A DNA stretch of 64,000 nt from Enterobacteria phage vB_EcoM_IME338: the sequence record MH051914. One strand, 5' to 3'. The notes beneath the pieces were generated by a model. The model did no database searches. It was given only the letters and a program-made list of their open reading frames with translations, and had not been told where the DNA came from. A program made the position numbers and the translations under genes. This document shows positions 1 to 9,154 of the stretch, in pieces (position 1 is the first letter of the stretch; every line of letters starts with the position of its first letter).

Positions 1-2367
1 ATGCGCATGGTAAATGACCACGCAGAAGTTATTAAGAGTTCAACTTCTTTGGAGACATCTCAAGCACAGATTACAATGACACCTGAAATGTTCAGCCTTT
101 TGAGTTCCGGTGTATACACATTTAAAGAAAGGGCAGTGATTCGTGAACTGTCGTGTAATGCAGTAGATGCTCAGAAAGAAGCTGGAAAAGAAAACATCCC
201 GTTCCATGTGCATTTACCTACTCGTTTTGAGCCTTACTTTGAAGTTCGTGATTTTGGAACTGGATTGACTCATGATAAAGTTATGAGTTTGTATCTGAAC
301 TACGGAGCTTCTACGAAGAATGACTCTAATGACTACATTGGTGCAATGGGTATCGGCTCAAAATCCCCATTTTCAATTGCTCAGTCATTCACAGTGTCTA
401 GCTATGTTGATGGTGTTGTTAATAAGTACTCTGTTTACCTTGAGAATGGTAAACCTCAAGTAACTAAACTTACTACTAACCCAACAAATGAACCCAATGG
501 CTTAGCTGTACGTGTAGCAGTTGCTGACCACCGTATCTCAAAATTCTTTGAAGAAGCTGGTCACGTATACTCATACTTTGCTGTAAAACCAGAAAGCAAT
601 ATCGAGTATGACGATGTATTAGCAGATATGAACATCCTTGCCCGTGAAGAAGGTGTTTATGATGCTATGATTCATAAGCAAAGTTGGCGCTCTAGCAGTA
701 ACAGGACAGGGTTTAATGTGGTGATGGGTAACATTGCCTATCCAGTTAACATGGAAGCATTACTTGGTGATGATTTCTTCAAAATCTTGCCAGAATTTTT
801 CCGTAGGAGTGTAGACCTTGTAAACATCTACATGCCTATTGGTTCAGTTGCTATAGCAGCTTCTCGTGAAGCTTTGCAGATGAATGATACGACAAAAAAT
901 GCTATCATTGAAGCTACTAAAAAGATAACTGAAGCCATTACAAAGGATGTTATCAAGAAAGTTAACAGCCAACCTACACTCATGGATGCTGCACAGGCTT
1001 ATGCTGAGTTACGTTTGAACTCACGAGAGATGTTTAATGTTGTGTGTCCAAAGCTAGAGTGGGGAGGCGTTAAGCTTGATTCTCTGGAAGTAGAATTACT
1101 AAACATCCGTCGTGGGATTATCTACGCAGAAGACGGCTCAGTCATTTATGAACGTGACGGTAAAGGTAATATCAAGGTTGATAGGAACGGGAACAATATC
1201 CCTAAAGTGGATTATCTTTATAATCCAGTTGCTTATGTCAAGTTCAACTCTTTAGAGAGTAAGATTCGTGCAACAGCACTTTCCTACACTCAAGAGGCAA
1301 GTATGTTCAATATCTTTGGTGTAATGCGTAAAAGCCAAATTGAACAGTTTTTGTTCGTGATTAATGACCGTCGCAATAAAAACGGAACTGAGAAGACTGT
1401 AGGACGCAATCAAATCTTGCGTGGTGCATGTCGAGACTACGCCAACGAGTCAAGTCTGTTTCACAGATATAATGGTATTGTGTTTGTATTCTCGACTGAA
1501 AAAGAGCTAGATGACTTAATCAACCTACACAAACTTGATAAAAGCTTGTTAAAGATTGTGAAGATGTCTGATAAGGAACATCACTATCAGCGTAAAGAGG
1601 CTGTAAGAGGTGTTGTAAAACTTTGGAAAGCTGTTCCAGCAGAAGGTGTAGCTTCCTATAAAGAGGTGTCAGAAGACTTAGACACAATTGAAGAGCCTCA
1701 ACTTTACATTAAGGCAGTTGGTGATACTGTTGATGGCAAATGTTTTTGCTCATCTCCAGATGATGTAGCTAAGTCAGTTGCCAATGTCATTGGAAAGACG
1801 GTCTATGTTTTCCGAAAAGCAAATTGGAAAAAGATACCAGAAGACTGGATTGAAGTAGATGAGAAACTCTTGAACGACAGCTTAACTGATGTTCATTGGA
1901 TTAATCATAACAGGTATATGACACGCGTCTGTATGCGTGGTGTCCTTAACCTTACAAGCTGTTGGATTATTACCAGAAACTTTACGTTCAATAACAGGAA
2001 GATTTCTGATGGTTATTGCTATTCACGGGATACAAACAAAACTATCTTCCTAGAAGGTAATGAAGATGCTGTTGAGGCAATGTTCGGTAAAATCCAATAC
2101 GTTGCTGCACAATTTGCATACACTTACACTATTAGTGTGTTGCAAGATTTGAAAAGGTGTCTTGGTAAGGATACAAAGCTTTACAAGAAAATTAAGAAAG
2201 CTGGTGACCGTATGTTTATTAAGGTGACAAACTACTTCTCAAAAAGAAAACAAGAAAACTTCTTGCTTTCTCATTTAGATTGGAATAAAGTGTCACCTGT
2301 TGAAGTGAGCAAGTTCTTAGGCTTTGATGTGAAGTGTGTTCCAGAAGGGACTACAATTTACGATTAA
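1..2367 (+). CDS. rIIA: rIIA-like protein with GHKL-type ATPase domain; 5' end abuts window edge and may be partial
   Basis: 788-aa ORF; N-terminal GHKL ATPase-like motifs (NAVDA, RDFGTGL, GIGSKS); followed by rIIB-like gene. Confidence 0.55.
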   Translation: MRMVNDHAEVIKSSTSLETSQAQITMTPEMFSLLSSGVYTFKERAVIRELSCNAVDAQKEAGKENIPFHVHLPTRFEPYFEVRDFGTGLTHDKVMSLYLNYGASTKNDSNDYIGAMGIGSKSPFSIAQSFTVSSYVDGVVNKYSVYLENGKPQVTKLTTNPTNEPNGLAVRVAVADHRISKFFEEAGHVYSYFAVKPESNIEYDDVLADMNILAREEGVYDAMIHKQSWRSSSNRTGFNVVMGNIAYPVNMEALLGDDFFKILPEFFRRSVDLVNIYMPIGSVAIAASREALQMNDTTKNAIIEATKKITEAITKDVIKKVNSQPTLMDAAQAYAELRLNSREMFNVVCPKLEWGGVKLDSLEVELLNIRRGIIYAEDGSVIYERDGKGNIKVDRNGNNIPKVDYLYNPVAYVKFNSLESKIRATALSYTQEASMFNIFGVMRKSQIEQFLFVINDRRNKNGTEKTVGRNQILRGACRDYANESSLFHRYNGIVFVFSTEKELDDLINLHKLDKSLLKIVKMSDKEHHYQRKEAVRGVVKLWKAVPAEGVASYKEVSEDLDTIEEPQLYIKAVGDTVDGKCFCSSPDDVAKSVANVIGKTVYVFRKANWKKIPEDWIEVDEKLLNDSLTDVHWINHNRYMTRVCMRGVLNLTSCWIITRNFTFNNRKISDGYCYSRDTNKTIFLEGNEDAVEAMFGKIQYVAAQFAYTYTISVLQDLKRCLGKDTKLYKKIKKAGDRMFIKVTNYFSKRKQENFLLSHLDWNKVSPVEVSKFLGFDVKCVPEGTTIYD

Positions 2368-2372
2368 AGTGT

Positions 2373-2402
2373 TTGACAAGGGGCTTCAAAGCCCCTTAGA
2401 AT
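2373..2402 (+). promoter_or_regulatory. sigma70-like promoter with stem-loop in spacer (also candidate terminator hairpin for rIIA)
   Basis: TTGACA-N17/18-TAGAAT; hairpin GGGGC-TTCAAA-GCCCC lies between -35 and -10. Confidence 0.4.
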
Positions 2403-2446
2403 AACCTCACAAAATGATTTATTAACTAACAAGAGAGAGTAATAAG

Positions 2447-3553
2447 ATGACTACTAAAACTAAATCACAGATTGACGCAGAAATTTACAAACTGGTTAAA
2501 GAGGGCAAGCTGACTAAAACAGCTATTGCACAGAAATTTAATACTTCAACCCGTTCAGTTGGTCGTGCTGTAGAGCGTCATGAAGCAACCTTAAAAGGTA
2601 AGAAGAAGGCAACTTCTACACCAGCTACAAAGACTTTGAAACAAGTTGCTAAGACCTTTAAAAAGAAAGCTGACAAACCAGTTGAAAAGGTTGTTAAAAA
2701 GGCTGTACAGAAAGCTCCGGTAAATAAACTGCATGAAGCTATGCAGAAAGATGACAAGATTGAGTACATGATTACTGGCGACTCTGTAATTATGACTTAC
2801 GGTTCAGAATCTGAAATTGTTGAGTCTACTCATCCGAACTATCAAGAGATTGTAGTCCATGTTGTGAAAGGTGAGTTTAAGAAAGCCTTTGAACTGATGA
2901 ATATTCGTAAGTCTATCGAAAACTTCACTCAGGGTGCTATCACAATCAAAGGTGACAAGTTATTCTACGGTGCTGTTGAGATGCGTTCTACTCTGGTTGA
3001 CCGTATTCTTCACATGATGAAGACTGGAGATAAATGTTTTGAACGCCTTGTAATGTTCTTCGAAAAACTGATGGAAAACCCATCTAAAGGTTCTGTAGAA
3101 CAACTGTGGGGATTCATATCTCACCTTGATGTTGAAATTGATGAAGAAGGCTACATTATCGGTTGGAAAAAGGTACAAAGTAAAGCTGACGGTTCTCTGG
3201 TAGACAGCCACACCCATAAAGTACCTAATGACTTGGGTAACCTAGTTGAGATGCCTCGTTGGATGGTTGATAATGACCCTAACCGCACTTGCTCTCAGGG
3301 TTTACATGTTGGTGCATGGGAATATGTATCATGTTTTGGAGGTGATACCATCCTGAAAGTTCGTGTCCATCCACGAGATGTTGTATCTGTTCCGACTGAT
3401 TACAACGATATGAAGATGCGTGTATCAGCTTATGAGTCTTTTGCGATTGTTGACAGCAACCGTAAAGTTATCAAGACTCACTCTGGCTCTGGTGGGTATC
3501 GTGTAGTGATTGGTTCTCACGGTGAGTTAATCTCCAAGACAGCACGCGTTTAA
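2447..3553 (+). CDS. rIIB: rIIB-like protein
   Basis: 368-aa ORF directly downstream of rIIA-like gene; N-terminal HTH-like segment; conserved-looking C-terminal block VHPRDVVSVPTDYNDMKMR; assignment by synteny and motif recollection. Confidence 0.5.
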   Translation: MTTKTKSQIDAEIYKLVKEGKLTKTAIAQKFNTSTRSVGRAVERHEATLKGKKKATSTPATKTLKQVAKTFKKKADKPVEKVVKKAVQKAPVNKLHEAMQKDDKIEYMITGDSVIMTYGSESEIVESTHPNYQEIVVHVVKGEFKKAFELMNIRKSIENFTQGAITIKGDKLFYGAVEMRSTLVDRILHMMKTGDKCFERLVMFFEKLMENPSKGSVEQLWGFISHLDVEIDEEGYIIGWKKVQSKADGSLVDSHTHKVPNDLGNLVEMPRWMVDNDPNRTCSQGLHVGAWEYVSCFGGDTILKVRVHPRDVVSVPTDYNDMKMRVSAYESFAIVDSNRKVIKTHSGSGGYRVVIGSHGELISKTARV

Positions 3554-3564
3554 TAGTTTACAAT

Positions 3565-3588
3565 AGGCTACTTCGGTAGCCTTTTTTG
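3565..3588 (+). terminator. rho-independent terminator
   Basis: AGGCTAC-TTCG-GTAGCCT hairpin followed by T6. Confidence 0.65.
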
Positions 3589-3602
3589 ATATGGGAGGAT
3601 GA

Positions 3603-4502
3603 ATGGCTAAAGCAGAACTTGATAAATACTACACACCTGACGAAGTAATAAGGGTGTGTGAAGATAAGCTACAAAAGGTCTTTAAAGGCTCTATTTCGTG
3701 CATTATAGACCCCTGTGCAGGTGACGGAAGATGGAAAGATTCTTTTAAGAGGGTTTGTCAAGATGTTGTGCTATACGACATCGAACCAGACTCTGAAGAT
3801 GTTAGTACAAGAGACTTCCTGAAAGATGACTTAGAGATTCCAGATAAACCTTTTGCGATTGTTACCAACCCTCCATTTGGTAAGGCAAATAGTCTGTCTA
3901 CAAAGTTCTTTAACAAGGCTGCTACAATGAATCCAGACTACATTTGCTTCTTAGTTCCCATTAACTTTGGGAAGAAGAATCTTAGCAGACTTAGCAGAGA
4001 GTACACCTGCATTGATGAAGTAGAACTACCTAACCTTCATTTTGAAAGGATTGATGGAGTTACCTACTCAGCAAAAGAATCATCACTACGCTGTAACTTC
4101 CAAATCTGGAAGAGACAAAAACGGACAGATAAAATTTGTAAGATTGTCCCTGTGATAGTTGATGGCGTAAGAGTTTATAAGCGTGAGAAATTCACACTAT
4201 ACAGGCCACCATGTCACAAGATTGATGGTAAAGAGCAGCCAGTAGGTGTTTTAGGTAAACTGGATGGAAAAGATTTGTTCACGATTATTACACATGGTCG
4301 TAAGGCTGGCACTGTGAAGGTTTTTGAACCAGATAAAGATAAGGTGTCAGTGAAACAGTTTATCGAACCACACGTAGAGGGTCTTTACTCAGCAATCAAA
4401 CAAGAATGGTTTAATGATTTGAGAGATGGTTTTGCACTGAGTCATGCAGGTTCTATCAACTCACAAGAAATTATAAATACTTTAGAAAAACACTTGCATT
4501 AA
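3603..4502 (+). CDS. N6-adenine DNA methyltransferase, gamma-class (TaqI/Eco57I-like), orphan
   Basis: motif X YYTPDEV, motif I DPCAGDG (SAM binding), motif IV TNPPFG in gamma-class order; no adjacent restriction enzyme. Confidence 0.75.
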   Translation: MAKAELDKYYTPDEVIRVCEDKLQKVFKGSISCIIDPCAGDGRWKDSFKRVCQDVVLYDIEPDSEDVSTRDFLKDDLEIPDKPFAIVTNPPFGKANSLSTKFFNKAATMNPDYICFLVPINFGKKNLSRLSREYTCIDEVELPNLHFERIDGVTYSAKESSLRCNFQIWKRQKRTDKICKIVPVIVDGVRVYKREKFTLYRPPCHKIDGKEQPVGVLGKLDGKDLFTIITHGRKAGTVKVFEPDKDKVSVKQFIEPHVEGLYSAIKQEWFNDLRDGFALSHAGSINSQEIINTLEKHLH

Positions 4503-4565
4503 TAAAAGAATTTATATAGTATACCTGTAAACAAACCTAGTAGACGAGAGAGAGAGAGAGCAACT

Positions 4566-5405
4566 ATGAAATTCAAAGAGTTCCAGAGCAAAACACCTTG
4601 CAAGATTGATTTCGTTTGTGGTGTAGCTTCCTTCTTCATGGGGTACATGGATTGGGCTAACTGTGCAAAGCCTTACTCAGCAAACCGTAGCATTGAACGA
4701 CGAATTGCTAAACCTTACCTTAATGAAGAACTTCGTGAGGTGGATTTACGTTCCCGTGTTACGGGTGTACTGTTCAATGGAGAAGTTATCAACATTGATT
4801 CTCATGCGCGTGTAGAGAACTGGAAGAATGGGAAGTTAGGTGCTCCCAAGAACGGCCTTGTCTATGTGACCCTGTTTGCTGTTAATTCACAGGAAGAAGT
4901 AGATTTCCTCTACGACCAAGAAAACTCACTAGACTCACGAGCCACAAATGGTGACCAAGTTACAACTGCAATACTACGCTCTGGTTATAAGCCACAGACA
5001 GCGTTCACCAAGAAATTTACTGGTGCTGGTGTGTGGGCCTTATTAGGTCTCCGTGGATGCCTTGATGAAGCATTTGTACTCTATCAAGAAGAGCTTAAAC
5101 TTATTGATGCACTTGGCATTGATAAGGATGAGATGGATAAGTACAAAGAGAAGACTGTAAACGGTATTAAGCAGAAGTGTGAACTGCGTAAAAAGTACTC
5201 TGCTCCAATTATGGCAGCAATGCTTAAGAGCTTCAAAGAAAACCCTGAAAAGGCTACAAAGTTCTGGTTGGACTACCGTGATGATGATGAGTCTGTAAGC
5301 AGCTTCTTAGATGCCATGAAGACCCAGTATGACCAGAATGGTGGTGTGTTTCAAGGTTATGTAATGTCACAAGCTGACGTTGCATTTAGAGCTTATAAGG
5401 ACTGA
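4566..5405 (+). CDS. hypothetical protein
   Basis: 279-aa ORF, purine-rich RBS upstream. Confidence 0.55.
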   Translation: MKFKEFQSKTPCKIDFVCGVASFFMGYMDWANCAKPYSANRSIERRIAKPYLNEELREVDLRSRVTGVLFNGEVINIDSHARVENWKNGKLGAPKNGLVYVTLFAVNSQEEVDFLYDQENSLDSRATNGDQVTTAILRSGYKPQTAFTKKFTGAGVWALLGLRGCLDEAFVLYQEELKLIDALGIDKDEMDKYKEKTVNGIKQKCELRKKYSAPIMAAMLKSFKENPEKATKFWLDYRDDDESVSSFLDAMKTQYDQNGGVFQGYVMSQADVAFRAYKD

Positions 5406-5406
5406 T

Positions 5407-5640
5407 ATGCAAGTTAAAAAGATGATGGTAAGAGTTGCTCTCAAGTATCTGGTGGCAGCTACACAATACGAAGTAGCAGAGTACCTCTCTACAAAGTTTG
5501 GTAAAAAATATCTCCCATCGGATTTTACACAGACTTTTATAGACTTAGAGAAGACGAAGACTATCACTAAGTTACCTGTTAAGCGTCGTAACTTTCGTAA
5601 TGGGAAACCTACAGGTTTTGGGAACCTCTACGTAATGTAA
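5407..5640 (+). CDS. hypothetical small protein
   Basis: ATG 1 nt after the preceding stop; track ORF 5380 trimmed to avoid overlap. Confidence 0.4.
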   Translation: MQVKKMMVRVALKYLVAATQYEVAEYLSTKFGKKYLPSDFTQTFIDLEKTKTITKLPVKRRNFRNGKPTGFGNLYVM

Positions 5641-5646
5641 CTAAAA

Positions 5647-5668
5647 GGCTGCTTCGGCGGCCTTTTTA
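5647..5668. terminator. rho-independent terminator
   Basis: GGCTGC-TTCG-GCGGCC hairpin flanked by A-run and T-run. Confidence 0.6.
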
Positions 5669-5669
5669 T

Positions 5670-5697
5670 TTGTATTTTGTGCAGAGTGCTGTATAAT
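5670..5697 (+). promoter_or_regulatory. sigma70-like promoter
   Basis: TTGTAT-N16-TATAAT upstream of 5729 gene. Confidence 0.5.
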
Positions 5698-5728
5698 TGT
5701 TGTCACGATAAACTAAACAGGAGAACCA

Positions 5729-6277
5729 ATGAAGAAGTTGATTCTAGGTTTGTGCTTAATGTTTACAGCACACTTATCTTATGCAGTTGACTGCCCAGAG
5801 CTATCAATTAGCCAAAAAGTAAACATGTTAAAAGCTTACCAGTATGGTGAGAATAACATGGGTAAAGGTTGGGGTATCACTCTAGCTGCTATAGCCTTAC
5901 AAGAGTCAGAGTTAGGTCTGAATATGGAGAATAAAAAGACCCATGACTATGGTATCTTCCAGAATCACTTGAAGACTGTTGTAAAGCGTAACAAAATTAG
6001 TCCTAATGTGGCTAAAAAGAAACTCTTAAAAGACTTTGACTATGCTGCAAAGGAAACGCACAAAGAACTTGAGTTTTGGACAAAGGTACATGGTCAGCCA
6101 AAGTCAAAGAAGACTTTACAAAAAGTTTTAGCATCATATAATGCTGGGTATTCGTACAAAATCCCTAAAGCTAAGAAATACTCTCAAGATGTCTATAACA
6201 ATATGAAAGTTATCGCTCAATGTGAATTTGCAACAAACATTTCTAAGGTAAATCATGAAAAAATTAAGAAAGTCTGA
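5729..6277 (+). CDS. secreted lysozyme-like / lytic transglycosylase (SLT-type) protein
   Basis: N-terminal signal peptide MKKLILGLCLMFTAHLSYA; SLT-like catalytic block QESELG...YGIFQ. Confidence 0.5.
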   Translation: MKKLILGLCLMFTAHLSYAVDCPELSISQKVNMLKAYQYGENNMGKGWGITLAAIALQESELGLNMENKKTHDYGIFQNHLKTVVKRNKISPNVAKKKLLKDFDYAAKETHKELEFWTKVHGQPKSKKTLQKVLASYNAGYSYKIPKAKKYSQDVYNNMKVIAQCEFATNISKVNHEKIKKV

Positions 6278-6950
6278 TGAAGTACTGTGCCATGCTTATG
6301 ACTTGCATCCTCATGAGTTAGGTCTTGATTCCTGTGTATGGACTCCAGAACAGTGCAGGGATTTTGAAGATACTGCAAGAGAAGTTGTATGTTCACTTGA
6401 AGAGTTCCACACATCAGAACCAATTGTGAACGTTGTGGACAAAGAGACTGGACAATCTATAGGTGTAAGACGTGATAGTTTAGTCATAGTCAATAAAGAC
6501 CTTGTAGAAAAAGGTAACCTCATCTTAGCAGATATTGATGGTGTTCTTACAAATTTTAATCACGAAGATTGCTCAACGGAACTGATTGATGGGTCATTCT
6601 CACAGTACACTAATCTTCTTGACTCTGTAAGAGCAAAACCAACATATGTTTTTAGTATTATTGATGCAATTGCTAATTATGCTGCCATTGGACTCTTGAC
6701 AGCTAGAGGTGAATCTCAGAGAATACCTACTGAGATGTTTTTAAGGCATTACATAGAGCATGATTACATGCTTTTCATGCGTGGTTTTGGAACTAACTCT
6801 ATAAGTGCAGAAAGTTTAAAAGTTAGGATGATTCAGTCTTGCATTCTTCCTTACTTTAATATAGTATGCTTTATAGAAGATACAGAGAAGAATGTTCAGA
6901 AGGTGAACAGGATTCTCCCACACATCAAAACCATGTTAGTTAAACATTGA
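6255..6950 (+). CDS. hypothetical protein
   Basis: 231-aa ORF, AGGT RBS. Confidence 0.5.
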   Translation: MKKLRKSDEVLCHAYDLHPHELGLDSCVWTPEQCRDFEDTAREVVCSLEEFHTSEPIVNVVDKETGQSIGVRRDSLVIVNKDLVEKGNLILADIDGVLTNFNHEDCSTELIDGSFSQYTNLLDSVRAKPTYVFSIIDAIANYAAIGLLTARGESQRIPTEMFLRHYIEHDYMLFMRGFGTNSISAESLKVRMIQSCILPYFNIVCFIEDTEKNVQKVNRILPHIKTMLVKH

Positions 6951-6960
6951 GAGAAAACTT

Positions 6961-7425
6961 ATGAATAATATCATTACGGTAGCACTGGACGTTACGGCAA
7001 ACAAATCTGAAGTAGTTCGTAACATTATCAAAAGCAACTTTGAGGGTAAAATCTTCCGTGCTGTCAATGTAAAAGCAGATGGTAACATCCGAGAATACCG
7101 TGCTCTTCTGAATGTTAAGAAACACGTCAAAGGTGCTGGTTCAACGACTGCACACAAAGAAAACCTGATGACTATCTATGATATGGGTATGGCTTCAGAG
7201 TTAGGTGCTGAAGGTATCGTTAAAGAAGGTGCTCCGTATCGCTCTTTCAATCTGGAAACTGCTCTTATGCTTTCCTTTACAAGTGGTTCTAAAACAACTA
7301 CTTATCTCTTTACTGATGCTGCAACGGTATCTGCTATCAAGGATGGCACTGTCAAAGCTGGCGTAGTTGCTGCTGCAAAAGCTTCTTCGATGGCTGCAAA
7401 TGTCCTTGCTAAAGTCCTCGGTTAA
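6961..7425 (+). CDS. hypothetical protein
   Basis: 154-aa ORF followed by strong terminator. Confidence 0.55.
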   Translation: MNNIITVALDVTANKSEVVRNIIKSNFEGKIFRAVNVKADGNIREYRALLNVKKHVKGAGSTTAHKENLMTIYDMGMASELGAEGIVKEGAPYRSFNLETALMLSFTSGSKTTTYLFTDAATVSAIKDGTVKAGVVAAAKASSMAANVLAKVLG

Positions 7426-7435
7426 GGTTAAGATA

Positions 7436-7459
7436 CAGGCTCCTTCGGGAGCCTTTTTC
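7436..7459 (+). terminator. rho-independent terminator
   Basis: GGCTCC-TTCG-GGAGCC hairpin followed by T5. Confidence 0.65.
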
Positions 7460-7476
7460 ATTTCAGGAGATTGTAT

Positions 7477-7635
7477 ATGTACAAAACATATTTGATAACA
7501 GTCGTCATAAAGGGTGTTGAAATTACCCTCCCAATGGCATCTAAAACTACTTGTGAGGTAGAGGCTTTGCAAGAGTTAGTTGAGCAAGCTGAATTACTTT
7601 ATCCACAAGCTGAATTTGTTTATCCAGCAGTGTAG
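7477..7635 (+). CDS. small hypothetical protein (52 aa)
   Basis: ATG preceded by GGAG RBS just after terminator; below ORF-track length cutoff. Confidence 0.35.
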   Translation: MYKTYLITVVIKGVEITLPMASKTTCEVEALQELVEQAELLYPQAEFVYPAV

Positions 7636-7647
7636 AGGATACTAAAA

Positions 7648-7995
7648 ATGACATTTAAAGAGTTCTGTCAAGCCACTTTCATAATTGTTTTCTTAGTTGG
7701 AGCAGGTGTCTGGGGAGGATACTCTTACAGAGACTACCAAGTTGCTGAAGCTGAGCTAAATAATGAGAAACTAATAAGTGTTGCCAAAGATGCTTATCAG
7801 GAAGGTTTAGCCACACTCAGCACCAATTACAAAAATGATTTGAAAGACGTGCTTGCTAAGAATAAGCATACAAAAGAGGTACTAACGTATGAAAAGACTA
7901 AGCCAGAGTTTTATAACATTTGTGCTACTGATACTTATGTCAGGGTGTTCAACGAACAAAGCGAACTTTACGTTCAAAAACTCCCAAGTAAGTGA
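7648..7995 (+). CDS. i-spanin-like (Rz-like) inner-membrane protein
   Basis: N-terminal TM helix then charged periplasmic region; overlaps a lipoprotein ORF in another frame. Confidence 0.5.
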   Translation: MTFKEFCQATFIIVFLVGAGVWGGYSYRDYQVAEAELNNEKLISVAKDAYQEGLATLSTNYKNDLKDVLAKNKHTKEVLTYEKTKPEFYNICATDTYVRVFNEQSELYVQKLPSK

Positions 7996-8158
7996 GAGTG
8001 ATAAGTACACTCAAGAAGAATCACGGTATATCATCAAAGGCAACACAGGCAGTGATGTAGCAGCAGCACTTGAGTTCTACCGTGATGGCTTTTACCAGTG
8101 TACAATTAAAGCTAATAACCTTATTGACATGATTTTATTAGGAAATAAGCAGCAATGA
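7889..8158 (+). CDS. o-spanin-like (Rz1-like) lipoprotein, overlapping the i-spanin gene
   Basis: lipobox LLILMSGCS; start embedded in 7648-7995 in a different frame. Confidence 0.5.
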   Translation: MKRLSQSFITFVLLILMSGCSTNKANFTFKNSQVSESDKYTQEESRYIIKGNTGSDVAAALEFYRDGFYQCTIKANNLIDMILLGNKQQ

Positions 8159-8424
8159 CAGAGAATCAAGATACTTTCTATGTAGAAGGTTACTTACTGT
8201 TACCACGACCAAAAGAAACTTATATGCGAATCGACTTCTTACCAACCATTATGGATAATGTGATGTGCCATATCTTTATGCAAGGTGTCACAGCACAGCT
8301 TAAGCATGTTGGTAAAGAGTGCAAAATAAAGGTTGACACTCATCCAGAAATCAAAGAGAATCACTACACATGGTTCTTACCAGACTCTAAAGAAATCTTA
8401 GCAGTTCTTAAAACGAGGAAGTAA
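8155..8424 (+). CDS. hypothetical protein
   Basis: 89-aa ORF, start overlaps upstream stop. Confidence 0.45.
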   Translation: MTENQDTFYVEGYLLLPRPKETYMRIDFLPTIMDNVMCHIFMQGVTAQLKHVGKECKIKVDTHPEIKENHYTWFLPDSKEILAVLKTRK

Positions 8425-8426
8425 CT

Positions 8427-8753
8427 ATGCAGATTAATGGAAGAGACTTTGTAGCTGTTTACTACGAGAAAGATAAAGAAGTTGGCGTAGCACAAGTATC
8501 TTATGGTAATGGTAAGTGGTTGTATGGGACAATCGCAGTAGTCGGAACAAGAAGTGATACAAAGACTTTTAAAGACTGTGTTGACCTTCTTGAAGAATCC
8601 ATCCACAATCATTGGTGTCTGATATGGATGACTGGCAACGAAGTGATAGAACGCTTCAAAAAGATTGGTATCAACATTGATAGTATTGAGCATGTTGACT
8701 TGTATGAGCTAACTGAGAAGGTAAACTATGAAAGTAATACTAGCCAGAGATAA
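8427..8753 (+). CDS. hypothetical protein
   Basis: 108-aa ORF, GAGGAAG RBS. Confidence 0.5.
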   Translation: MQINGRDFVAVYYEKDKEVGVAQVSYGNGKWLYGTIAVVGTRSDTKTFKDCVDLLEESIHNHWCLIWMTGNEVIERFKKIGINIDSIEHVDLYELTEKVNYESNTSQR

Positions 8754-8961
8754 AAAGACACGTAAGATTGTACGTTCAGCAGTATTCAAAGGGAGACATG
8801 AAGTCATCCCGTTTGCAGAAGAAGATGTGTTAACTTACAAGAAGGTGATAAAACGTGAGTGCAGTAACCATTTCCGTGACTTCTTCTCTGAACCATTAGA
8901 AGATTTCAAAAGTCGCTGTGGCGAAGGCATCATCATTCAAGAGGCAATTATTCATGGCTGA
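8728..8961 (+). CDS. hypothetical protein
   Basis: 77-aa ORF, AAGGTAA RBS. Confidence 0.4.
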   Translation: MKVILARDKKTRKIVRSAVFKGRHEVIPFAEEDVLTYKKVIKRECSNHFRDFFSEPLEDFKSRCGEGIIIQEAIIHG

Positions 8962-9154
8962 TTTCTGCAAAGATTGTGCTATCGAAATGTTTGGACGTGA
9001 TACAGGTGACTTAAAAGGCCTTATCACTGAAGATGACTTTAAAGCTGGCTATGCAATGCCAGTAATCTGTGAAGGTTGTGGATGTATCTGGGTAGACCAC
9101 GAAGGACAACGTGTAAAACCTTCAGAAGATAAAGAATCTTGGGAGAGATGCTAA
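8954..9154 (+). CDS. hypothetical Cys-rich (zinc-ribbon-like) small protein
   Basis: CxxC...CxGC pairs; start moved to ATG at 8954 with AAGAGG RBS (track start 8918). Confidence 0.4.
   Translation: MADFCKDCAIEMFGRDTGDLKGLITEDDFKAGYAMPVICEGCGCIWVDHEGQRVKPSEDKESWERC

Noticed and set aside
7201-7572. 123-aa minus-strand ORF
   Set aside because: Spans a plus-strand terminator and the start of plus-strand genes in a region otherwise transcribed rightward; no RBS; likely spurious.
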